64,000 bases of DNA from Terriglobia bacterium (GTDB lineage: Bacteria > Acidobacteriota > Terriglobia > JAJPHL01 > JAPKYU01): assembly GCA_965206645.1 (NCBI GenBank), contig CBDBKE010000004.1, forward strand, positions 416,001-480,000, read 5' to 3'. The notes beneath the pieces are model-generated. The model ran no database searches. It saw nothing but the letters and a program-made list of their open reading frames with translations, and was not told the DNA's origin. This document shows positions 42,200 through 53,421 of the stretch, piece by piece (within the stretch, counting starts at the first letter, position 1; the number at the start of each line of letters is the position of its first letter). A program made the translations under genes and the position numbers.

Positions 42200-43111
42200 T
42201 TGAGGACCGCGCGGGCCAGCCGTCGGGCCGACCGGGTGCACGCGATAGCATGGCAAGGAACGCGGCATTCGCTGCAACCAGGGCCGCGCCGCACGTCACG
42301 GGGTGGTCAGCGCAGATACTCGGATTTGGCGATCGAGACATGCCTGATGCTGCGCACGGCATACCATCTTGGACTGCGTCAGACACAGGGGCTTATGGGT
42401 TCCATCGGCACGCTCATGGGGTTGGATATACGGGTACCGGATTACTCCACGCTGTCGCGTCGCGCAAACGGGGTGAGCATCGCTCAGGTGATGAGGCAAG
42501 CAGGATCTGTGCCTATCCATCTGCTGGTCGACAGTACTGGCCTGAAGATCTTCGGCGAGGGCGAATGGCTAGCGCAGAAGCATAACACCAAGGGAATACG
42601 CCGCCGCTGGCGCAAGCTCCACCTCGGACTGGACCTCGCCAGCGGGGCGATTGTTTGCGCCGCTCTGACTCACGATAACGTTGGAGACAGCACAGCCTTA
42701 CCCAGCCTCCTGGATCAGCTGGATGCCCCGGTCACGGGCTTTCTGGCTGACGGCGCCTACGATGGAGCGTCCACACGAAATCTGCTGAGGCAGCGGTATG
42801 AGGAGACCCTGGATGTGGTCATACCGCCGCCAAAGGACGCAGTGATCCGCCTGCAATCGGCGCGTGATGCGACCGTTCGGGATCGCCATATTGCCCAAAT
42901 CCGCAGCAACGGCCGCATGGCCTGGCAGACGGCAACAGGGTACAACCAGCGCAGCCGAATAGAAACGCAGATGGGCCGTTGGAAGAGCGTCATCGGCCCC
43001 AAACTCAAATCCCGCAGCTTCTCCAGGCAGATCACGGAGATCCAACTCGGCCGAAAAGTCCTGAACACAATGACCGCGCTCGGACGGCCTGTGTTCGAAC
43101 GCATCGCCTGA
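42200..43111 (+). mobile_element. IS5-family (IS903-like) transposase, 5' degenerate
   Basis: YSDLAIE, PDYSTLSRR, VDSTGLK..GEGEW, WRKLH, ADGAYD, GYNQRSRIET. Confidence 0.88.
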
Positions 43112-43662
43112 CACTACCGCTTGGGGAAAGGGGGTTCTTGCCCACTGGCGCAACCGCCATTTCATAGGTTTGTGTCCCTTCTTCATCGCCGCTCCTGGGG
43201 GGTTGTTTCTGAGCCTTCCCGCAGGGATAAATGAGGACGTGAGCGACCCCATGGGGGCCGGTACAGAGGCGTGCCACGAACGCCATCTGTGCGGGACCGC
43301 ATGACCCCCCGGTTTTTGGGGGGGGCGCTCACGTCCCCCGCCTTTCTCCCGCGTCCGAAGCGGGAGGGCCGTTTCAAAGCAGATAACAACAGCGGAATGA
43401 GTCATATAGACTAATGTGGCCGTGGTAGACCTGAGCGAAAAGTCGTGCCACACCCCCCCCTCTGAGGGTGTGGCATCCTGGTACGGCGCTGGTGGCATGA
43501 AAAACTACCGATTTTCCCTCTCTCTCAGCCGATCTCATCCCGCTCCGCAAACCGCACGGCCCGCCATGTCGAATAGTCGTCAATCGAGACTCCTTCGAGC
43601 CGCGCCGATCCGAGTCTCAGGCAGTCACCGTTTCGCGTCCTGCTGGTAGGCTGGATGCGCTC

Positions 43663-46495
43663 ATGACGCCGCACGAGTTCATCACCAAGTGGCGCGCTTC
43701 CGAACTGAAGGAGAGTTCGGCGTCGCAGGAACACTTCATCAACCTGTGCGAGCTGCTGGGCGAGCCAACACCGGCCGAAGCCGACCCGACCGGCGACCGC
43801 TACTGCTTCGAACGCGGAGCGCGCAAGGACACCGGCGGCGACGGCTGGGCCGACGTGTGGAAGCGGCACTGCTTCGCCTGGGAATACAAGGGCAAGCATG
43901 CGGACCTGGACGCCGCCTTCGCCCAACTCCGGCAATACGCGCTGGCGCTGGAGAACCCGCCGCTGCTGATCGTTTCGGATATGGCGCGGTTCCGCATCCG
44001 CACCAATTGGACCAACAGCGTGAGCGAAAAGCACGAGTTCGCGCTGGACGATCTCGCCGACGCGACCGTTCGAGACAAGCTCAAGTGGGCGATGTCCGAT
44101 CCCGACCGTCTGCGTCCGGGCGAGAGCCGACAGGCGCTGACCGAGCGTGCGGCGGAAACTTTCGCATCGCTGGCGCAATCGTTGCGGGAACGTGGACACG
44201 ACCCGCAGGCGGTGGCGCATTTCGTCAACCGGCTGGTTTTCTGCATGTTTGCCGAGGATGTGGGCCTGCTGGCCGACAACATATTCACCCGGATGCATGG
44301 AACATGCACACAAGCGTCCCGAGGACTTCGCTGCCCTGGCGCGGGACTTATTCGGGGCGATGGCCACCGGAGGCCGGATCGGGTTCGAGGCGGTGGCATG
44401 GTTCAACGGCGGACTGTTCGACGACGACACCGCCTTACCGCTGGACAAAACCGAGATCGATACAACGCTCAAGGCGTCGTCGCTCGACTGGTCGGAGATC
44501 GACCCGTCGATTCTTGGCACGCTGTTCGAGCGCGGGCTCGACCCGGACAAGCGCTCGCAGCTTGGCGCGCATTATACGGATCGCGACAAGATCATGCGGA
44601 TCATTGAGCCAGTGGTCATCCGTCCCTGGCTCGCGGAATGGGAGACGGCGAAGGCCGAGATTGCCGCCGGTCTCGAACGCGCGGATGCGGCCAAGTCGAG
44701 GCCGGCGCGGACGCGACAGCACAGGCAGGCGGAGCATCTGCTGCGCTCCTTCCTCGAACGGCTGCGGGATTTCACCGTGCTCGACCCTGCCTGCGGCTCG
44801 GGCAACTTCCTCTATCTCGCGTTGCACGCGCTCAAGGACCTGGAGCACCGGATGCAGTTGGAAGGCGAGGCGTTGGGCCTTCAGCGGGCTTTCCCAGCGG
44901 TCGGCCCAGCCAACGTCAAGGGGATCGAGATCAACGCCTACGCCGCCGAGCTCGCTCGCGTGTCGGTATGGATCGGCGAAATCCAGTGGATGCGGCGCAA
45001 CGGGTTCCATGAGTCACGCGACCCGATTCTCAAGCCGCTCGACACCGTCGAATGCCGCGACGCGATCCTGACGCCGGACGGCGGGGAGCCGGAATGGCCG
45101 GAATCCGATGTTGTGATCGGGAACCCACCGTTTCTGGGCAACAGAAAGCTCCGTAGCGAGTTGGGGTCCGTCTACACCGAAGCGCTGCAACGGACCTACA
45201 CGGGATTAGTCCGCGGTAAACCAGACCTGGTTTGCTACTGGTTCGCCAAGGCTGGACAACTCCTAGCAAAAGGCAATATCCAACGCGCCGGTTTAGTGGC
45301 GACGAACTCGATCCGTGGCGGTACCAATCGGGCAGTGCTAGACGAAATCCTAGAGGCCTCAACAATTTTCGCCGCTTGGTCCGATGAGCCCTGGGTGGTC
45401 GATGGTGCCGCCGTGCGGGTCTCGTTGGTCTGCTTCGCTTCGAAGAACGCTGGGCTACCCATATCCCTGAACAACGTCGAAGAATCGAGAATCAACGCGG
45501 ACCTTACGGCGGGGACCCTCGATCTCACGCGCGCAACTCCACTGAAACGAAGCAAGGGCGTTGCCTTCCAAGGTGATATCAAACGCGGTCCGTTCGACAT
45601 TCCCGGTGACATGGCCCGAGAGTGGCTCCGCTTGCCTGCCAATCCCAACGGTCGCCCGAATGCCGATGTTCTCAAGCCATGGGTCAATGGAATGGACTTG
45701 ACCCGCCGTTCATCGGGTAAGTGGATCATCGATTTCGGCGATACGATGAGCGAAGCCCAAGCCGCGCTTTACGAAGCCCCTTTCGGCTACATCGACGGGC
45801 ATGTGAAACCGGTGCGCCAGGAGAACCGAGAGAAGGCAAGCAGAGAGTTCTGGTTCAGACACTGGAACCCGCGCCCTGGTATGTGGCGAGCGCTCGACGG
45901 GCTGTCACGCTACATCGCCACGCCGACCCTCGCCAAGCACCGGCTGTTCGTCTGGTGCGACGCCCGCATCTGCCCCGATCATCAACTGATCGTCATCGCA
46001 CGCGACGACGATACGACATTCGGGATCCTGCACAGCCGGTTTCACGAGATCTGGTCGCTCCGACTCGGAACGAGCCTGGAGGATCGGCCGCGCTACACCC
46101 CGACCACCACATTCGAGACGTTCCCGTTCCCCGAAGGGCTATCGCCCGACATACCCGCGGCCAACTATGCGAATGATCCGCGTGCCGCCGCCATTGCGGC
46201 GGACGTGCAGCGGCTGGTCGAACTGCGCAACCGCTGGCTCAACCCGCCCGAATGGGTGGAATGGGTGGACGAGCCGGTTCCCGGCTATCCCAAGCGCCCG
46301 GTGCCCCGCGACGAAGACGCGGCGAAGGCGCTCAAGAAGCGCACGCTGACGAACCTCTACAACGCCCGGCCGCAATGGCTCGCCGATGCGCACGAGGCTC
46401 TTGACGCGGCGGTGGCTGCCGCGTACGGTTGGCCCGCCGACATCTCCGACGACGAGGTTCTCCGCGAGTTGCTGGCGCTCAACGGTGGCTGCTGA
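43663..46495 (+). pseudogene. MmeI-like type IIG/IIL restriction-modification enzyme, 1-nt frameshift near 44297
   Basis: N-terminal ADVWK...WEYK nuclease, FCMFAED, FNGGLF, GAHYT, DPACGSGNFL, NPPF and a C-terminal recognition region. Confidence 0.88.
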
Positions 46496-46622
46496 GATGC
46501 AGTCTTGAGGGGAGCGAAACTGGCCCTGTCTTGTCTGGGGAACATGGGAGAATAGGGCATGCAGCGTAAACGAGACGGCTTGGTTCCCATCGGGGAAGTC
46601 TTCTCTGATCTGAGCGGGCCGG

Positions 46623-46707
46623 TGGCGGCGATGTCGAATCCAGCCTGTTCGAATCCGAGGCTTAGGCCCCCTGCCCCCGCAAACAGGTCGACTCCGATCG
46701 GACGCAC
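46623..46707 (-). pseudogene. DNA cytosine methyltransferase N-terminal stub
   Basis: IGVDLFAGAGGLSLGFEQAGFD motif I only; abuts a repA stub at 46559-46630 on the + strand. Confidence 0.7.
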
Positions 46708-47119
46708 TTGTACCTCCCGCCCTATGCTAATTTGCCTGGCAGGTCTTCGCGATGGAGCCGATATCGATAGCCCCTAGCATGGAGACAACGTCGGACGAGC
46801 ATTTCCGGCTTCGTATCTTTGCTCTTAACGGCTTGCATGATACGCCGTCTTTGTTTGGGTGTTCGCGTGTCCATAAACAAAGACTGTCGGCGCGTATGAC
46901 GCGGGCCGATCCCCGCGTTGACGCTGCATGGCTTTTTATTCTCACATGCGCCTCAGAAGTAGAGCATATTGGCGTCAGGCAGAAGCAGCTAATAATGAAA
47001 CGGCCAGTTGAGTGACGACGATGAACTACAGGTGGATTTATCGCTCACGATTGAGTGGCGACCGCGATACGCGGCTTTGATTCTTCGGCGTCTGGAACGC
47101 TCTACTTTGGTCGACTTGG

Positions 47120-47407
47120 TCACTGTCTCTTCAACACCCGGCGCAGTACGTCATTGACCGCCGGGTTTCCCAATACGTCATGCGGCTTTCGCTTTTCCGG
47201 CGTCATTCGCGAGCGTTCTTGCCCTTCGCAAACTGGGCAATGCTTCTCGTGGTCCTCAGTTAGTCTGCTGACAATATCAGCCGGGTATTTCTCATCCTTA
47301 GTCGGAAAATCAGCCGCGCTGACGACCGCGACGGCGCCGCTTGCGATCAACTCGATGTGTTCCCCTTGAACCTCCGGCGGTGCGTCAACTAATACCATTC
47401 GTATCAT
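47120..47407 (-). CDS. Hypothetical protein with a CxxC motif
   Basis: Overlaps the end of the TerS-like fragment; HCPVC. Confidence 0.4.
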   Translation of the reverse strand: MIRMVLVDAPPEVQGEHIELIASGAVAVVSAADFPTKDEKYPADIVSRLTEDHEKHCPVCEGQERSRMTPEKRKPHDVLGNPAVNDVLRRVLKRQ

Positions 47408-47718
47408 CTTGGATTCCTCCTAGTTCGTTGCCTGTTCGTTTCGCGCGCGCGGCATCGCGGATCGCCTTCATGCGCTCGATATCGGCATCCGGGATATCCG
47501 ACAGATCCTCAATCTGTTCGCCGTCTGAAACGTCGGCCACTCGCGCGACGGGCGGGAAGTTTTCAACGATGACGCGAGACGCGGCGCGAACTGCGGGTAC
47601 GCCGCCGTCGTCTAGCAGCTCGTTCGCGGCGTCAATGAGCCGTTTTCGAATCTGCACAAGCCCGATCTGAATGGCGTCCTGGCACTCGCGGACGGTGAAC
47701 TCGACGTAGGCGGCGCGG
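47385..47718 (-). pseudogene. TerS-like protein C-terminal part (homolog of 30140..30655)
   Basis: RAAYVEFTVREC...FPPVARVADVSD..IEDLSD shared with the 30140 ORF. Confidence 0.7.
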
Positions 47719-48966
47719 GTGTGGGCGGATGCCGACCCCATGCGAGCGATGCAGGCCATCTGCACGCCGGACACGTTACGGGCGCTGCGACGGCAGTACG
47801 TCAGCTTGCGCCGGGCGGATCGTCGGTTGCGTGAGCCGATGCGGGCCTGTGTGCGAACAGTCCGGGCGGTTGTGCGGGTGCTGGCGGGCGGCGAGAACCT
47901 CACACCTAATGACGCGCTCCTTGCCGTCCCTGTCTTCACGCGCGGGCTCGTTCCTGTCATGGCGGAAAGGGCCGTGGATACATCGGGCCTATCGGCACTC
48001 GCGTTCGCGTATGCGCGCCGGCCGAAGGCGGCAAACCTACAACGGCTTGATCCGATTCTGCCTCGTATCACGGTCGGCGCGGTAAACCCGGCGCGCGAAC
48101 GCGGCGAGCTGCTGCTTGCTGTGAACGGGCTGCCGGGGTTGCGAGAATCCGCGCTGCCGCTGTTTCCCGAAGTGGCCGACGATGACGCGATCGTACCGCT
48201 GCTAGAACTGGCGAACGTGGCGACGGGCGACCGGGCGGTATCCAGTGGACGCGGCGCGGCGCATGAGCTCCGGTTGGTGTTCGAGGCGCTAACCGCGCTA
48301 CCGCCGGGCGGCTACGCGGGCGGGGTGCCAGTCGCGTACACCGTAGAGGATCTGCTGCGGGCGTTCTATCGGGGCGGGGCGGCGAGCATGTATCGGAGTG
48401 GTGACCGGCCGGGCGACTGGGCTCAAATCCGGGCGGCGTGCGAGTGGATAGATCGGGCGGCGCTGCCGTGGCGCGTGCCGTCCGGTAACGTGCAATCCTG
48501 GTTTCTCATGCGGCTACGCACGCTGCCGGGAGATCGGCCGGCGCTGTCCGATCCGGTGGTGTTCGAGGTGGCACTGCCGCCGGGAAGCGAACACGGGCCG
48601 GCCGTGGATCGGCCGGCGCTACGTGTGGCTGGCCGGATATCGTCGCCGGCCTTCCGGATCGGGATCGCGGTACCTACGCTCACCTGGATACCGGGCTTGA
48701 CGCGCCGGCCAGTGAAAGGGCCGGGGGGCTTGTGGATCGGCGATGCGAGCCGCTACCCGGTGCTTTCGCGGCGTGACCGGCGGCGTATCGCGTTCGGGCC
48801 GGATGCCACGCATGACAACGCGCGGGTGGATCGCGCGTGGCGCAAGGCGGCGGACGCGGCGGGCGTCGTGATTCTGGACACAGAGGCCGTGGACCGGGTC
48901 GGCAAGCGCGGTTGGATCGTCGTGCCGGCGGCGGCGGCCAAAGCGATACGCAAGGCGACAAAGTAG
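47719..48966 (+). CDS. Hypothetical protein, possible replication initiator; probably 5' truncated
   Basis: 415-aa ORF starting at a recombination junction; function inferred from context only. Confidence 0.5.
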   Translation: MWADADPMRAMQAICTPDTLRALRRQYVSLRRADRRLREPMRACVRTVRAVVRVLAGGENLTPNDALLAVPVFTRGLVPVMAERAVDTSGLSALAFAYARRPKAANLQRLDPILPRITVGAVNPARERGELLLAVNGLPGLRESALPLFPEVADDDAIVPLLELANVATGDRAVSSGRGAAHELRLVFEALTALPPGGYAGGVPVAYTVEDLLRAFYRGGAASMYRSGDRPGDWAQIRAACEWIDRAALPWRVPSGNVQSWFLMRLRTLPGDRPALSDPVVFEVALPPGSEHGPAVDRPALRVAGRISSPAFRIGIAVPTLTWIPGLTRRPVKGPGGLWIGDASRYPVLSRRDRRRIAFGPDATHDNARVDRAWRKAADAAGVVILDTEAVDRVGKRGWIVVPAAAAKAIRKATK

Positions 48967-49214
48967 GTGGGGCCAACCGTTGCATTTAGGGGGGCTAAGT
49001 CCTTTGTTCGCTACAAATATTGGTCACGACGACCCCGACCTCGACAGAGGAGGGGAGGTACGGCGGGCCGGGCGTCCGCTTGAGGCTACCGCCCAACCCC
49101 CGCCGTACCTTCAACCGTGCTGCTAGACACCTTACCGGCCTGTTTACAGGGGTGCGACGGCCTGGCGCGGCCCGGCCCGCCGTCTATTCGGGGCGTCCGT
49201 GGCGTGAGCGATAA

Positions 49215-49444
49215 TTCCCGTTAGCGCGCTTGTACTGAAGCCAGTTGCCGGGGTTGGTGCGGGGCAACGAGCAGAGCGCCATCATCCGCGCCATGAAACC
49301 AAGCTCCGGCTGCGCTTCGCTGGCCGAGACAAGCTGGTTTACCTGATCGAATCGGCTGTAGTGGTGGAGCGCCTGGGGCGAGGTGTCGCGGATCGCGGCC
49401 ACCGGGCCGTCCAGGTCGGAGAGAACTTCCGCAACCGGAACCAA
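49215..49444 (-). pseudogene. RepA (IncW-like) N-terminal fragment
   Basis: ELGFMARMMALCSLPRTNPG..QYKRANG. Confidence 0.75.
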
Positions 49445-49477
49445 CTCGCAGTAGAAGCGGAAGGCGGCGTAGGCTTT

Positions 49478-49953
49478 GGCGGTTCCAGGGGTGCGGGGTG
49501 CCAGTCATGGCGACTATTGGGCCGATCATGGTACCTCCGGGTCGGCCCCGATCAGCTTCGTCAATTCGATCACGGCTTTGTATTCGTCGCCGTCCTCACG
49601 CCGAACCTTGTAGATTTTGCCCGTGCTCGTATCGGTAGCAGTCAAAACAAGGGGTGCTGGTCCTTCGTTTATGGCGTCATGGTAGCCACGGACTCGGAAC
49701 CCGCGGTCTTCGATTTCTTTCACAGCGGCACGGGTAAGACTCAGCATGATCACTCGCCGTTGATGACCTCAACTGGCGTGCATCCACTCTCATCGCAACG
49801 ACGGACTTCAGGCGGCTTCTCGCCCGGAAATGCGGTGCGTATCGTGTCTAGTCTTGGTACCAGGAGAAAGGCGCCTTCCACCTCAACTGGTTTACCTGAT
49901 CGGCAACGGTGAAGCCCCGTTGCGCCGGTGGTGGGGTTTTGCGGAGCGCCTGG
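49478..49953. repeat. 476-bp direct duplication, copy 2
   Basis: Matches 30604..31079. Confidence 0.9.
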
Positions 49954-50278
49954 CCCGGCCCGGGCTGTGTAATGATCCCGAACTAAAGAGAGGGCGTACT
50001 ATAGGCGTTTCTCTTCGAGAAACGCCGTGCGGCCAGTCTGCAAGCCCGTCCAGGCGGAATCAGAGATAGCCTCCGCCGAGAGGCGAGTCAAGCCGCTGGC
50101 GCGGCTCCTACGCTGCGCTACGGCCTGCGCGAGTTGAAAAAATCAAGGACGCGTGGCCGGACCTGCACTATCGGACGGTCAAGGGCGCGCTCGTCATCGC
50201 GCCATCGCCGCCGTGTAATCGCACCGTCGCAACTGCGCCTAGTAGAATAGCGCCAGTTGTTCCGAACAAAGTGTCTGT

Positions 50279-51049
50279 ATGGAATTCTGGGATCATCTTC
50301 TCGCCACCGGGGGGGGCGCAGCCATCGGCGTGTTGGCGGCCAAGCTCTGGCAGCGGTACCTGCAGCGCATGGTGACAATCCGATGGTCCGTGACCCATGA
50401 AACGCTTGCCGCCGGCGGTGACGACCCAAGATGGGGGCGCGTCGAAATACTTTTCAACGGTAATCCGGCCGGAAATCTGCTCCAGTGGTGCAGAGTTGAG
50501 ATCGAGAACGAAAGCGGCAGCCGCGACCTGTCGGACGTAGTCGTGAGTCTCCAGTACGATCAACCCGAGCCGGAGATTCTCAGTGGTGGCGGATCCCTTG
50601 AAGGCAGCAATCAGGGGCTCTTTTGGACCACCATGTTTGCCGCTGTGGTTACCAGCTATTTTGAGCTACCTGTTGCTGACCGGCCGCCATCAACCGACAT
50701 ATTTCGACGCCAGGACTTCGTAATCCCAGTACTGAATCGAGGCGCGAAGGCGATCTTTCTCTTTCTTGTCAGACCAAACATCTCGAACCAGACACTACGC
50801 GTCCACTGCGATCACCTCAGTGTGCGACTTAAGCATCGGCCCACGCGTCCACTGATCCTCGGCGTGGTTCAAACACGCGCCAGCTGGACCGGACTGGGCG
50901 TTGGAGCCCTGGTCGCCGGGGCCCTTGCGATGAGTCTCGCGAATATCTGGGTTGCCGTGTCCGTGGCGCTATTAGTGGGCTGGTTCGGGCAACTCGTAGG
51001 TGTCGCTGTGATCCGCGGGTGGCGAGGGCTTACGCGGGCGATAGGATGA
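50279..51049 (+). CDS. Hypothetical membrane protein flanked by 33-bp direct repeats
   Basis: One N-terminal and two C-terminal hydrophobic segments; repeats at 50093..50125 and 51194..51226. Confidence 0.65.
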   Translation: MEFWDHLLATGGGAAIGVLAAKLWQRYLQRMVTIRWSVTHETLAAGGDDPRWGRVEILFNGNPAGNLLQWCRVEIENESGSRDLSDVVVSLQYDQPEPEILSGGGSLEGSNQGLFWTTMFAAVVTSYFELPVADRPPSTDIFRRQDFVIPVLNRGAKAIFLFLVRPNISNQTLRVHCDHLSVRLKHRPTRPLILGVVQTRASWTGLGVGALVAGALAMSLANIWVAVSVALLVGWFGQLVGVAVIRGWRGLTRAIG

Positions 51050-51574
51050 GTGTCGTCTTCTGGTAGACCGGTCCATGTGCCAGCGCCGCCAAGCCGAGCA
51101 GGGGCACGCTGAGGCCCAAGCAAGGCTCGGTTACACGGCGAGGTTACCCCGTGCCCGTCCCGCCGTCCTCCGCCCGTAAATCGCGCTCTTGGTCCGCTGG
51201 CGCGGCTCCTACGCTGCGCTACGGCCCTGCGGGTGACAGCGCCCCTCGGCTACGGCTCAAGCGGCTGGTATAACCGTTCATCATACGCTTAGCAACTCGC
51301 CCTCGCGCCACACGGCCCGAACCCCCCCTTTCCCCTCATAAATAGCCATCCGGGGCAGAGTGTCTGTCCAGTCCCGATGTCTTCACCCTCGACGCCGCAC
51401 AGCGTGATCGACTCGCTGCAGGACTCGCCCACCCAGTCCACGCGCAAGTGGCGATAACGTCCTTTCCCGGCGGAGCGCCTGGATGACCGCCTCGCGGACG
51501 GCGTTGCAAAAAACTATCGCCAATTGAATCTCTCCTGCAATACCGTTTCGCAACCCCCCAGCCCTTGAAAACCA

Positions 51575-51603
51575 GGGTCTATCCCCGCGTGTGCGGGGGA
51601 ACC
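51575..51603 (-). CRISPR. Solitary type I-E-like CRISPR repeat (no array)
   Basis: GGTTCCCCCGCACACGCGGGGATAGACCC, 29 nt, with a CCCCGC-ACAC-GCGGGG stem and an ATAGACCC handle. Confidence 0.75.
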
Positions 51604-51777
51604 CTCCAAGAGCACCAACCGGGTCTTCTGCGCCCACAAGGGCGGCAAGAATAGCCGCGCCGCCCACCAGGATCATCCCACGTTTACGCATCTCCATCTT
51701 CCTTCCCGATCGCTAACGGCTATTCCACGAGGCGCAGTTTAGACGGCGGGATGCGCGGGGCCGAGGCGATCGCGCCG

Positions 51778-52263
51778 TCAGCAGCCATGTGTCTCATCAA
51801 CAACACATTCACAAGTTTCTTTAGGTTCCCCCATGAACCACACTCTGCGAAAACGACCTGCGCCACTGCTAAATAACTCTTGAATTGAAGAAATACTCAT
51901 GTCTGGCGGCTGCACGACTCGACCGGCTGTGTAGAAAAGAAGCTCGATTGGATATGCAGTCCGGTAGTTTTCAGATTTTTTTATTTTCTTCCTTGCGATT
52001 CCAGGTACGGGATCGTCCGACCAAATGCCTTTCGATACACCACCCGTCTGAGGTATATGGGAAATCTCTCTAGGAATTTCGGGAGAACAGACTTCAGCGA
52101 GTTCGAACTGAACGTATTCACCAGACACCTTGCAGAGCATGTCGGGCTCCGGAGGATCGCATTTTCTGACTGATTGGCGGTCAATCGGTAAACCAGAGCG
52201 CTTTGTAAAATCCTCGAACACTTGCATCTCTCTTGCTGCCTTTTTTTCATCGATGCCGCCCAT
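51778..52263 (-). CDS. Hypothetical lower-GC protein, possible PD-(D/E)XK-like fold
   Basis: PPEPDMLC...VQFELAE; directly downstream of integrase copy 2. Confidence 0.55.
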   Translation of the reverse strand: MGGIDEKKAAREMQVFEDFTKRSGLPIDRQSVRKCDPPEPDMLCKVSGEYVQFELAEVCSPEIPREISHIPQTGGVSKGIWSDDPVPGIARKKIKKSENYRTAYPIELLFYTAGRVVQPPDMSISSIQELFSSGAGRFRRVWFMGEPKETCECVVDETHGC

Positions 52264-52363
52264 GAAATTCTTCTGAGTGCTGTGGTGTTGCTGTGATGTT
52301 GACGTGGTTCGAAGGTGCGGGAACCGTTCACCCGACAGCGCGAATTGACATACTTTTGACCTA

Positions 52364-53329
52364 CTACAGATACTTGGCGACCGCCCCTTTTTCGGCCACC
52401 GCGCCGGCCGAGTAGTGAGCGACCATGCGGGCGGTTTTCCAGTTGCCGGCCAGCATGACTTCGGTTGTGGACGCGCCGCGCGCCGTCAGTTCGGACGCGA
52501 GCCCGACCCGGCCACTGTGCGCCGTCAAGCGCGCCTCGATGCCGGCGGCGCGGGCGGCCGCGGTGAAGCGGCGCTGAATCTGCAACGGCGACAACCCGAC
52601 CACCCGATCCGTGGGCGCGGCGTCGGGCCGGTCGGCGCGGACGGTGCGGATCGCTTTCGCGCCGCCGTTCTTCAGATACCGCACGTCGGCGGCGTCCCCC
52701 TCTTGATTCGTTTTCGAGGTACGCACGGTGAGAAGCACGCCGTCGCCGTCGCTGGCGTCCGTCACGTCGGCCCAGCGCAAGGCGGCGACTTCCGACCGCC
52801 GCAGCCCTCCCATGAACAGCAAGCCGGCGATCACGGCGTCGAGTCGGCCCCGGCGTTGCGCCGTGGTGTGGGATTCGACGCCCCGGCCGTCAGTGCGGGG
52901 ACGGTCGGCGGTGGCGAGAATCGCGGCGAGCCCGTTCGCGCTCAGCGGGGCGGCCTGGCCCCGGCCCCGGTCGGCGGCCGTGCGACGGTAGCCGCCCAAC
53001 ACGCGCGCGGTGCGTTCCCCGGCGGGGTCCGCCTGGCCGGCGAGCTTGGCCCGAAACCGGACGGCGGCGACGGCGAGGGCGGCGGTTGCGGGCGCGCGGC
53101 CCGCCTCGAAGATCGCGCCGAGGTAGGCGGCTAGCAGGGCGTCGTCAACCGGGGCGGTCCCCCGCCATGCGTCCAGGCGCGCCAGCGCGCCGAGGTAGGC
53201 GCGGCGGGTGTTGAGGCTGATAGAGGCGTCGGTGAGCTTACGGGTGGTCGGCGTGGCGACGGCCAGCGGCCCCGCCGTGTCGGGGCGTCGGGCGAGCGTG
53301 GCCGGTGCGGTCGGTGTAGTCTGAAGCAT
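52364..53329 (-). CDS. Cre-like tyrosine recombinase, copy 2
   Basis: LRRSE, SKT, HSGR, GNW, AHY; highly similar to 33655..34620. Confidence 0.92.
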   Translation of the reverse strand: MLQTTPTAPATLARRPDTAGPLAVATPTTRKLTDASISLNTRRAYLGALARLDAWRGTAPVDDALLAAYLGAIFEAGRAPATAALAVAAVRFRAKLAGQADPAGERTARVLGGYRRTAADRGRGQAAPLSANGLAAILATADRPRTDGRGVESHTTAQRRGRLDAVIAGLLFMGGLRRSEVAALRWADVTDASDGDGVLLTVRTSKTNQEGDAADVRYLKNGGAKAIRTVRADRPDAAPTDRVVGLSPLQIQRRFTAAARAAGIEARLTAHSGRVGLASELTARGASTTEVMLAGNWKTARMVAHYSAGAVAEKGAVAKYL

Positions 53330-53421
53330 AAGTAATTATCAATCATAAAAGAACCTGCCCCGCTTGTTGTTGGCTTGGGTCTCGACCGAAGCGGTACGGA
53401 CCCAATCTCGTGAGGGAAAGC

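Noticed and set aside
43200-43500. G/C-run-rich non-coding stretch as a plasmid origin or ncRNA
   Set aside because: No iterons or recognisable RNA family could be supported by eye.
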